Part shown: piece by piece, positions 53,110 through 64,000 of the stretch | Layout of the letters: the number at the start of each line of letters is the position of its first letter | Numbering within the stretch: the stretch's first letter is position 1 | Assembly (NCBI GenBank): GCA_030390025.1 | Contig: CM059433.1 | Location: 14,696,001-14,760,000 of the forward strand | Direction: 5' to 3' | Source: Squalus acanthias | Lineage: Eukaryota | DNA length: 64,000 nucleotides | The notes under the pieces: generated by a model | Seen by the model: only the letters and a program-made list of their open reading frames with translations | The model's database searches: none | Told to the model about the DNA's origin: nothing | Position numbers and translations under genes: made by a program

Positions 53110-54340
53110 CCCTAAGTCTACACTTCTCTAAAGTGTAGAGTCCCAACTCTTTTTGCCCATCTTGATAACTAAGATGCTTTAAACTTGGAATTAGTCAAGT
53201 GTCTCCTCTGCACCCTTTAAAAAGCCTCAATATCACCCACCATGTGGGGAGACCAATACTGAACACAGTATTCAAAGTGAGGCCTGACTAAGGTCTTGTA
53301 CAAGGACAAAATAGTATGCCTCGTCTTGTATTCAATTGTCCTCTGGATACACCCAAACACCCCATTTGCTCTAGCTATCGCTCATGCACCTTTAGAGATG
53401 TATGCACTAGAATGCCCTAATCTCTTTCTATCTCCACCTTCTTTAATGCTTTCCCTGAAGGGTGTATGAATGTTGAGCATTTGCCCTGCCCACATGCATA
53501 ACTCTGCATTTATCTGAGTTATACTTCATTTGCCAGTCATGAGCCCAATCTCCCAACACATTAAGACCCGCCTGAAACAGACGAGCATCATCTACAGTCC
53601 TAACACTCGCACAGATCTTAGTATCATCTGAAAATTTGCAGCTCGTGGTCCCAACCCCTACATCCAGATCATTCATAAAAATAGTAAAGAGCAATGGTCC
53701 CAATACCAATCCCTGAAGGACACCACTGGTGACCATCTCCAAACAGATCCAAATCCATCTATAACTACTTTTTGCCTACATCCTGTCAGCCAGTTCTTAA
53801 TCCAGCTCAAATACCAGATGCTTTGATCTTAGAGAAGTCTCTTGTGCGGTACCTTATCAAAAGCTTTTTGGAAATCTAAGTAACCAATGTCTACTGGCTT
53901 CCCTCATCCACCAACTTTGTAACTTCTTCAAAAAGATACAATTTGATTAGTAAGACATGACCTCCTTTTTATGCAGTCATGTTGGTGTCCCTAATATGAC
54001 CTCTCTATCCAAGCATTCATATATCCCTAATGATTCCTTCAAGCATCTGACTTATTACTATTGTCAAACTAATGGGTCTATAGTTACCCAGGCCCATCTG
54101 ATCACTTTAAAAAAAAAAACGGTGGAGACTACATTAACCTCCTTCCAGTCTACAGGAACCATTCCAGAGAGCAGTGAGCTATTAAAAATACAGGTTAGGG
54201 GCTCTCAAAGCACATGTCCCATCTCCCCGAGGACCTTTCGGTGGATATCATCTGGCCCGGCTGCTCTATCTAATTTCAAGTTCTTAGTTCTTTCTAAAAC
54301 AATATGTTCATCTATGTTAAAAAAAACTAGTAATATTATT

Positions 54341-57300
54341 TGTTCATGGGATGTGGACATCGTTGGCAAGGCCAGCATTTATTGCTTATGCCTAGTTTCC
54401 CTTGAGAAGGTGGTGGTAAGCCGCCTTCTTGAACCGCTGAAGTCCGTGTGGTGAAGGTACTCCCACAGTGCTGTTAGGGAGGGAGTTCCAGGATTTTGAC
54501 CCAGCGACGATGAAGGATCGGCGATATACTTCCAAGTCAGGATGGCGCATGACTTGGAGGTGGTGGTGTTCCCATGCGTCTGCTGCCCTTGTCCTTCTAG
54601 GTGGTAGAGGTCGCAGGTTTGGGAGGTGCTGCCGAAGAAGCCTTGGCAAGTTGCTGCAGTGCATCTTGTAGATGGTATACACTGTAGCCACGGTACGCCG
54701 GTGATGGAGGGAGTGAATGTTGAAGGTGGTGGATGGGGTGCCAATCAAGTGAGCTGCTTTTTCTTGGATGGTGTCGAGCGTCTTGAGTGTTGCTGGAGCT
54801 GCACTCATCCAGGCAAGTGGAGAGTATTCCATCACACTCCTGACTTCGTGCTTTGTAGATGGCGGAAAGGCTTTGGGGAATCAAGAGGTGAGACACTCGC
54901 CGCAGAATACCCAGCCTCTGACCTGCTCTTGTTGCCACAGTATTTATGTGGCTGGTCCAGTTAAGTTTCTTGTCAATGGTGACCCCCAGGATATTGATGG
55001 TGGGGGTTTCAACAATGGTAGTACCGTTGAATGTCAAGGGGCAGTGGTTAGACGCTTGCTTTTTGGAGACAGTCATTGCCTGGTACTTGTGTGCCACTTA
55101 TCAACCCAAGCCTGAATGTCATCCAGGTCTTGCTGCATGCAGGCATGGACTGCTTCATTATCTGAGGAGTTGCGAATGGCACTGAACACTGTAGTCATCA
55201 GCGAACACCGCCACTTCTGACGGGGGGGGGGGGGGGGGGGAAGGTCATTGATGTAGCAGCTGAAGATGGTTGGGCCAAGGAAACTGCCCTGATTAACTCC
55301 TGCAGCGATGTCCTGGGGCTGTGATGATTGACTTCCAACCACCACAATCATCTTCCTTTGTGCTAAGTATGACTCCAGCCAGTGGAGAGTATTCCCCTTG
55401 ACTTCAGTTTTACTAGGGCTCCTTGATACCACACTCGGTGAAATGCTGCCTTGATGTCAAGGGCAGTCACTCTCACCTCACCTCTGGAATTCAGCTCTTT
55501 TGTCCATGTTTGGACCAAGGATAATATGAGGTCTGGAGCAGTGTGGTCCTGGTGGAACCCAAACTGGGCATCGGTGAGCAGGTTATTAGTGAGTAAATGC
55601 TGCTTGGTAGCACTGTCGATGACACTTTCCATTACTTTGCTGATGATTGAGAGTAGACTGATGGGGCGGTAATTGGCCAGATTGGATTTGTCCTGCTTTG
55701 TGGACAGGACATACCTGGGCAGTTTTTCACATCGTCGGATGGATGCCAGTGTTAAAGCTGTACTGGAATAGCTTGGCTAGAGGCGTCAACCACCACAACC
55801 ATCTTCCTTTGTGCTAGGTATGACTCCAGCCAGTGGAGAGTTAGCTAGTTCTGGAGCACAAGTCTTCAGCACGACAGCCGGGACCCACAGCCTTTGCTGT
55901 ATCAAGTGCTCTCAGCTGTTTCTTGATATCACGTGGAGTGAATCGAATTGGCTGAAGACTGACTTCTGTGGTGGTTGGGACCTCAGGAGGAGGCTGATAT
56001 GGATCATCCACTCGGCACTTCTGGCTGAAGATGGTTGCAAATGCTTCAGCTTTGTCTTTTGCATTCATGTGCTGGGCTCCACCATCATTGTGGATGGAGA
56101 TATTCATGGAGCCTCCTCCTGTTGTTAGTTGTTTAATGGTCCACCACCATTCATGACTGGATGTGGCAGGACTGCAGAGCTTTGATCTGATCCATTGATT
56201 GTGAAATTGCTTAGCTCTGCTTCCGCTTTTTAGCATGCATGTAGTCCTGTGTTGCAGCTTCCCCAGGTTGGCACTGCTTCTTAGGTATGCCTGGTGCTGC
56301 TCCTGGCATGCTCTTCTACAATCCTTATTGAACCAGGGTTGGTCCCCTGGCCTGATGGTAATGGTAGAGTGAGGATATGCCGGGCCATGAGGTTAAAGAT
56401 TGTTGTGGAATAGAATTCTGCTGCTGATGGCCCACATCGCCTCATGGAGGCCCAGTTTTCAGCTGCTAGATCTGTTCTGAATCTATCCCATTTAGCACGA
56501 TAGAGGGTGTCCACAGTGTGAAGACAGGACTTCGTCTCCACAAGGACTGTGCGCTGGTCACTGCTACCAGATGCATCTGTGACTGAATTTAAATAAAGGA
56601 AACTACGATGGTATGAGGCGCGAATTGGGTAGGATTGATTGGGGAATGTCACTCAAGGGGTTGACGGTGGATAGGCAATGGCAAACATTCAAAGACTGCA
56701 TGGATGAACTACAGAATTTGTACATCCCAGTGTGGCATAAGAATAAAGCAAAAAGGGTGACTCAACCGTGGCTAACAAGGGAAATTAGGGATAGCATAAG
56801 ATCCAAGGAGAGGGCATTTAAATTGGCCAGAAAAAGCGGTAGCCCTGAGGATTGGGAGCAGTTTAGGATTCAACAAAGGAGGACAAAGGGATTAATTAAG
56901 AAGGGGAAAATAGAATATGAAAGTAAGCTTGCTGGGAACATAAAAACTGACTGTAAGAGCTTTTATAGATATGTGAAGAGAAAAAGATTAGTGAAATCAA
57001 GTGTAGGTCCCTTGCAGTCAGAAGCGGGGGAAGTTATAATGGGGAACAAAGAAATGGCAGCCCAATTAAATGCATATTTTGGTTCTGTCTTCACAAAGGA
57101 GGACACAAATAACCTCCCAGAGATGTCGGGGAACATACGGTCTGATGAAAGGGAGGAACTGAAAGAAATCAGTATTTGCAGGGAAATGGTGTTAGGGAAA
57201 TTGACGGTATTGAAGGCCGATAAATCCCCAGGGCCTGATAATCTACATCCTAGGGTACTTAAGGAAGTGGCCCTAGAAATAGTAGATGCATTGCTGATCA

Positions 57301-59284
57301 TCTTCCAACATTCGATGGAATCTGGAACTGTACCCATGGATTGGAGGGTAGCTAATGTTACCCCACTATTCAAAAAGGGTGGTAGAGAGAAAGCGGGGAA
57401 TTACAGACCGGTAAGCCTGACATCGGTAGTGGGGAAAATGCTAGAGTCCATTATAAAGGATGTAATAGCTGAGCATTTGAAAAACAGTGACAGGATCGGA
57501 CAAAGTCAACATGGATTTACAAAAGGTAAATCGTGCTTGACTAATATACTGGAATTTTTTGAGGATGTAACTGGGAAAATAGATAAGGGAGAATCAGTAG
57601 ACGTGGTGTATTTGGACTTTCAAAAGGCTTTCGATAAGGTCCCGCATAAGAGATTAGCGGGTAAAGTTAAGGCACATGGGATTGGGGGCAAGGTATTGAC
57701 TTGGATAGAGAACTGGTTGGCGGACAGAAAGCAGAGAGTAGGAATTAATGGGTCTTTTTCCGAGTGGCAAGCAGTGATTAGTGGGGTACCACAGGGATCG
57801 GTCCTTGGACCCCAGCTATTCACAATATACATTAATGATCTAGATAAGGGAATTAAATGTAATATCTCCAAGTTTGCAGATGACACAAAGCTGGGTGGGA
57901 GTGTGTGCAGCGAGGAAAATAGCGAGAAACTCCAGGATGATCTGGACAGGTTGGGTGAGTGGGCAGAAGCGTGGCAGATGCAATATAACGTGGATAAGTG
58001 CGAGGTTATCCACTTTGGTGTCAAAAACAGAAAGGCAGACTATTATCTGAATGGCAATAGATTGGGAGAAGGGGAAGTGCAACGAGACCTGGGTGTCCTT
58101 GTGCACCAGTCGCTGAAAGTAAGCATGCAGGTGCAGCAGGCGGTGAAGAAGGCAAATGGTATGTTGGCCTTCAGAGCGAAAGGGTTTGAGTATAGGAACA
58201 GGGATGTCCTGCTGCAGTTGTACAGGGCCTTGGTGAGACCACACCTTGAGTACTGTGTGCAGTTTTGGTCGCCTTATCTGAGGAAGATGTTCTTGCCATG
58301 GAAGGAGTTCAGCGAAGATTCACAAGGCTGATACCTGGGATGGCAGGAATGACATATGAGGAGAGATTGGGTCGATTGGGCTTATACTCACTGGAGTATA
58401 GAAGAATGAGAGGGGATCTCATCGAAACATATAAAATTCTGACAGGTCTGGACAAACTAGATGCAGGAAGAATGTTCCCGATGGTCGGAGAGTCCAGAAC
58501 CAGGGGTCATAATCTACGGATAACGGGTAAACCATTTAGGACAGAAATGAGGAAGAATTTCTTCACCCAGAGAGTGGTGAACCTGTGGAATTCTCTACCA
58601 CAGAAGGTAGTTGAGGCGAAGTCATTAAATATATTCGAGGATGAGTTAGATATATTTCTTAAAGCTAAAGGTATCAAGGGATATGGGGAGAAGGCAGGTA
58701 CAGGGTACTGAGTTTAGATGATCAGCCATGATCTCATCGAATGGCGGAGCAGGCTCGAGGGGCCGAATGGCCTACTCCTGCTCCTATCTTCCAGGTAGAT
58801 TGGTGAGGACGAGGTGAAGTAGGTTTTTCCCCTCGTGTTGTTTCTCTCACCACCTGTCACAGGCAGCTATGTTCTTTTGGACCATCAGGCTGTTGCTTGA
58901 CTAGTCTGTGGGACATCTCTCCCAATTTTGGCACAAGTCCCCAGTGCGAGTTCGATGCCGGGTGGTCTGTCCGATTTTATTCTTATTGTTATTGTTTTTC
59001 ACAACTGAGGGCAGTTAAGAGTCAACCACATTGCTGTGGGTCTGGAGTCACATATAGGCCAGGAAAGGATGGCAGATTTCTTTCCCTAAATGGATATTAA
59101 TGAACCCAGATGGTTTCATGGTCACCATTACTGATACTAACTTTTTATTCCAAGTTTATTTAATTAACTGAATTTAAATTGCCCAGCTGTCGTGGTGGGA
59201 TTTGAACTCGTTTCTCCGGATCATTAGTCCAGAGACTCTGGATTACAAGCCCAGTGACATAACCACTGTGCTACCATCCCCGGT
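54341..59284 (-). mobile_element. CR1/L2-group (Crack/Daphne-like) LINE with tRNA-derived 5' segment, interrupted by a CR1
   Basis: QFGFHQDH, ALDIKAAF.RVW, QGSFLGP, MEYSPLAW; APE remnant at ~58800-58865; flanks TAGTAA(T/C)ATTATT at 54328-54340 and 59285-59297. Confidence 0.75.
56585..58792 (+). mobile_element. Young 5'-truncated CR1 LINE, ORF2 (RT) 56613-58711 with one frameshift
   Basis: 572-aa ORF with [34 protein letters not shown]1 tail. Confidence 0.95.
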
Positions 59285-61351
59285 TAGTAACATTATTAAA
59301 TTCTAATAGTTGAGCATCATCTTCAAGAGTGCAGACCAATGCAAAGTACTCATTTAATATTTCTGCCATACACAGTGACTCCTTTGTAACCTGTCCTTGA
59401 ACATTCTTCAATGGCCCAATACAGTCTTTGACAGTTCTCTGATTCTTCACATAACTGAAAAATCTTTTCCCATTACTTCCACAGCTGTCTACGATCCTCT
59501 TTTCCATTAGCCTTTTAGCTGATCTAATAGGAGCCTTTGTTTTCTTTAGTTGTTCCTTGTACTCAACTCTGTTTTGTTGAGTATTAAATGCCTTTAATTT
59601 ATAGAAACATTTCTGTTTACATCTTATTTTTCTTTGTACATAACCAGTCAGCCACCTTGGCCTTTTCTTATCACATACTCTTCTTTTGGCTTGGAGTACA
59701 TAATTTTTTTTCTACATTTTTTCCTCTTGTTCTTAAAAATTTCCATTTGTATTCTACATCGGCCTCATCACCACTCAGTAGTGTTAGCCAATTTACTTGT
59801 TCAAAATCGTCTGGCATTTTAGTGAAGTTTGCTCTTCTGAAATCTGGTACGAGTTGCAGGTTCTCAGTACCTTTTGTTCTACCAGCCAATTGAAACCGTA
59901 TAATGCTGTGGTCACTGTTGGCCAGATGTTCCCCCACATGGAGATAGATAAGTACATGATGGATAAAGGAATAGATGTATATATTGATAGGGTGAGATGA
60001 AGTAAATAAGTGGGAGAAGGCTCGCCTGAAGCAAAAACACTGGCTTAGACCTGTTGGGCCGAATGGCCCGTGTCTGTGCTGTAAAGTTCTATGTAACAAT
60101 TGACATCAGCGCAGGTACAATACACAATTATACCCCTACAGTAAAATATTCAGTATATTATTTACAATTTTCTGGCAGTATAAATATTATATTTTGGTGT
60201 ATTATTTGTTACATAAGTGAATATAGCAAAGAGAACCATGGTATATTTAATAGTAACCAGATGATGACTGAACTCATCCCAACAAGCAAATAAAAAGTGC
60301 CAGTCATTAGAGATGTTTGATTAGAGTTCAATGATAACAAGCAAAGCCAATTCACTTTTATCTCGTGTTGTTTTATGCCCAATTATCTTATTATCTTAAT
60401 AAGTTACATTAGTGAGGGTGACTTAATGGAACCAGAGACAGATGGGCTAGAGGGACTGCCTTTTTTTCTGAAGTTTAATCTGCTTTAAAACTATCACCCC
60501 CATCCCATCCTTTCTACCCTGATCAGATGAGGCTGGATCTGGTCGGCAATTGCAATTATTTTCTGTTGTTGTAAAGTGGCTAATAGCAACATCAAAACCC
60601 GTTCATTTTACTTGGATCAATTGGAGAGTGTAATTTGTTTTACCTAACTTAATGAAGTCAGAATCTGCTTTCAGTCAATTCTGATTCACTTCACCCACTT
60701 GGACCAACAGAGTGGAAACATTGCTAGGAGTTGTAAGCAGTGCATATGTCATCCCACCAGTGCTGTGTAGTGTTGTTCCATTTCGTGTTACTCATGCCCT
60801 CTGTTGGGTGCTAATGTAATGGTTCTCCTCACATCTACCTGTGCCCCAGATTTGCAATCGAGCACAGCAAGATATGCTCGGTGCATGAGGGAAAACACCA
60901 TTATGCTAAGTTTTTAATCCTGTGTTACTATCAGTAGGCTTTTAAATTGTGGGATAAATTTCACACACTACCCCTAAATGGGGAAATCTTATATGCAATA
61001 AGAGCAGAAGACTGTTTAATACATTCTTATGATATTCTTCTGTTCACTATTTTAATAGAAGTATTAACCCATTATGGAGTTCCACAGTTTTGAGGTGCTG
61101 GGGGAAAATTATTTGAGTAGGAGATAGCCTTGGTTTGAACATAGTAAGGCTATATGGAGGAGATTGTGTGTAAGGCAGCATTTTTGGAGCTTAGGGGTAT
61201 TGTGCACTACAATAACACTTATATAGCTCTTTTTAAATGTAGAAAAAAAGTCACAAGATGCTTCATAGAGATAAGTTTCCAACAATAATTAAAACCTGAA
61301 GGAATAAGACTCCACACTAGTTAATTTCAGCATCAGAGAGGCTGTTTGGCA

Positions 61352-61745
61352 GTATTTATTTTTATTCACGGGATGTGGGCGCATTTATTGGCCATCCCGT
61401 GAGAAGGCAGTGGTGAGCTGCCTTATACAGCGGAGTGGCTTGCTAGGCCATTTCTGAGGACAGTTAAGAGAGTCAACCACATTGCTGTGGGTCTGGAGTC
61501 ACAGACCAGGTAAGGACAGCAGATTTCCTTCCCGAAGGACATTACTGAACCAGATGGGTTTTTATGACAACCTGGTAGTTTCATGATCACCGTTGCCGAT
61601 ACTAGCTTTTTATTCCAGATTTGTTTAATGAACTGAATTTAAATTCCCCAGCTGCCGTGGTGGGATTGTGAACTCATGTCTCCAGATCATTAGTCAAGAC
61701 CTACTGGATTACTAGTTCTGTAACATAACCACTATGCTACCATAC
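61352..61745 (-). mobile_element. tRNA-derived SINE with the 3' tail of the 54341 LINE family
   Basis: Head rc ATGGTAGCATAGTGGTTATGTTAC..GAGTTCACAATCCC; body matches 59005-59281; tail GGGATGTGGGC..CATTTATTG. Confidence 0.8.
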
Positions 61746-62442
61746 GCTATATATAGTTAGCACTTATCACGTCGCTTAAAGGGTACTTAGACTGAAATGG
61801 ACAAGACTTATATTTCTTTGGCAAGTTTAGTTTGTACCTATCGCTCAAATACAGCAATTTCACAACGTTCAATGTATTTCAAATGGTGAGCCAGATAGCG
61901 AGATGCCGTTTTTGCGAAGCGGAGTGGTGCAACACGGACAGCAACTTTTGGATTTCCGCGTTTATCTGCGCATCTGCCCAAGTCTGAAGTTGCTGTAGCA
62001 GTTGTGCATAAATACTGGCGAGCGCCATTAGCTGCATCATTATTTTTTTTTATTTTTAAGAGCAAATTATGGCCCAAGACCTTGATCGATATGGACTTCT
62101 CTAGACAGGGTGCTACCCAGGTAGATGAACCGGCCCACAGCCTGACCTGTACGATCACCGATAGTGATGATCAGTGGAGTGTAACCCAGTGTAATCAAGT
62201 GTGCCTTAATAATTCTTTTTTGAAATTGCTTGTTTGTTGTGGCACATCTTGTTCTAGTACTGAACAAAATTACTGTGGCACTGGAGACATTGCACATTAG
62301 CAATCCTTTTTTAGTCTGTTGGTCTATTGTCCATTACATTACCTATTTATTTGCAGTCACTATCTTAGACTGTGTCAAAGGTAACTACACGGATATGAAT
62401 ATTGATTTGAAAGGACAAGTGATTATTTATTTTACCTGTAAT

Positions 62443-63142
62443 GGCCCGTATTTTCCGATCCCTACGGGCGTGTACGAGCGTGCCGGTTTCAGGCATGCGA
62501 AGCGCATGTGCTGAAAACCGGCACTTCCGATCTGTCAAGAATGCTCTCGACAGATCCTCCGCCTGCCCTGGAGAAGGGCCTCTGCGGGTGGAGAGTTCCG
62601 CTTTCTGCAGAACCTCCGCCCGCTGAAAACCTTTAAAAATCTTACGCCTGGTAAAAGCCTGCTTTTACCAGCATAAGAGTTTAAAAAAGTAAAAAAATAT
62701 TTTCCCCCCCCCCCTCATTTATAATTAAAAATACTGTTAAAAAAGCTAAGTTTATTTTTAGCCCCGTAAAAAACTTGAATTATTTTTTTCAAAAAATTAA
62801 ATTTTAACTAATTTTAAATACGTGATTTAAAAAAACATTATTTAAAGTTTTAGTGTGTTTTGAATGATCTCCATTCATACTTTTGACGGGTCTAAGCTGA
62901 GAGTCCTGTCAAAAGTGTGAAGGGGGATTCCCTTCTTCCATTGGTTCTCCATGGCCCACGTGATCCCAGGGACGCTTGCAAACTGCCTGCGCCCCTGGGA
63001 TACCTGGGCCTCTGCACGCACACCAGGAGAGGCCCAGGAGTGGAAGTGTCGGGACCTACGGAGCCAGCAGGTAAGTGTGTAGATTTTTTTCCAGATTGGA
63101 GGCATCCTCATGCAGGAAGTCTCCGATTGGAAAATCTGGGCC
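62443..63142. mobile_element. Harbinger-type MITE
   Basis: GGCCCGTATTTTCCGAT / ATTGGAAAATCTGGGCC; TSD AAT; homolog of 5335-6096. Confidence 0.85.
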
Positions 63143-63159
63143 AATATTTTTCTACTTAT

Positions 63160-63530
63160 TGAAGCAAATTTATGTTTCTCATTTATGGCCACTGCCATCT
63201 TTTTGCTTTTTGTGGCAGTTTTTCAATCCCAATTCATAAGTAGAATGGATCCTCAAACAAGTTGCCTCTTCATCCACCCGAGTGTAATGATGAGAATTTC
63301 TTAAATGTTCTTCCAAATTTGGTGCTCCTTTACCTGTACCATTCATAGTTACGTAACAGGTATCTTAATTTGTGATAACTGTAAGAGGAATTATTTGCTC
63401 CATGTTAATGTTCCACCTGCACCATTCCCAGTGCCTGTATTCAGAGTAATGCACTAATATAACGAAATACAGAAAAGACTCAATGCATATTGCAATTAGC
63501 ACCAATGTGGACAAAATTCATCAGTGTTAG
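63160..63530 (-). mobile_element. Possible Gypsy protease remnant
   Basis: FVHIGANCNM (cf. DTGAQCN), EQIIPL, GTGKGAPNL (cf. GKGPNLLG). Confidence 0.35.
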
Positions 63531-64000
63531 AAAAAGATAACTCTGCATGCATCAATATTACAGTACACTTAATTTAACTGACACATTCTGATAAATATTT
63601 TTGAAACATGACTGAAATCATATTGACTTTCGTCTGCTGGCATAGATTAAGGCCTGGTCTGAGTGGGATTTAGAACGCTGATACAATATACCACAACTAT
63701 TTATAACATAATGCATGACTTGCATTGATTTGATACATGTGCACTCGTTTTAATACCAGCCAAAGTAGCTTTGACAAGTAAATGGCCATTTTCTGAATGA
63801 CTGCAAGCCCATGTATAAATAAACAGGAGTTAGCATACAACAGGACTACAAGCTCAAAAATTCTGTGGATATACAAGACTGTGCTTGTTAATTTTACTTT
63901 GTGCCTGATATATAACCGAGAGTTCCAGAAAGTCGAGTTGGGAACGTTTTCCTGTTGCTAATCTGTTGCTGCTAATGGTTTAATGTAAGCGTGTAGCTGT

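Larger units (their letters stand above)
51620..59935 (-). mobile_element. Old CR1-clade LINE acting as host for nested insertions
   Basis: Pieces at 51620-52146, 53110-54340 (SGVLQGLVLGP, KFSDDTK) and 59285-59935 (RFFSYVK, SDHSIIRF) are colinear. Confidence 0.8.

Noticed and set aside
56963..58244. Long minus-strand ORFs
   Set aside because: Antisense shadows of CR1 ORF2
1..64000. CRISPR arrays, operons or other prokaryotic systems
   Set aside because: No regularly spaced repeats; the sequence is eukaryotic and transposon-derived

Overview
Repeat-dense vertebrate genomic DNA, most likely a shark or other cartilaginous fish. The evidence is an HE1/V-SINE, SacSINE1-like Deu-SINEs and shark-type CR1 and Penelope elements. 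Most of the window is decayed or nested transposons: PIF/Harbinger elements and MITEs, CR1, L2, a Crack/Daphne-like LINE, Penelope fragments with hammerhead ribozyme cores, and Gypsy remnants. There is one probable host terminal exon. The standout is a region missed by the ORF track because of stops and frameshifts. About 4 kb on the minus strand (~7290-11314) translates, in order, into core, terminal protein, a very long spacer, RT and RNase H motifs of a hepadnavirus-like genome. It looks like an ancient, nearly genome-length endogenous hepadnavirus/nackednavirus-like element, later interrupted by a LINE. All protein matches come from manual translation compared with remembered motifs and need profile-search confirmation.
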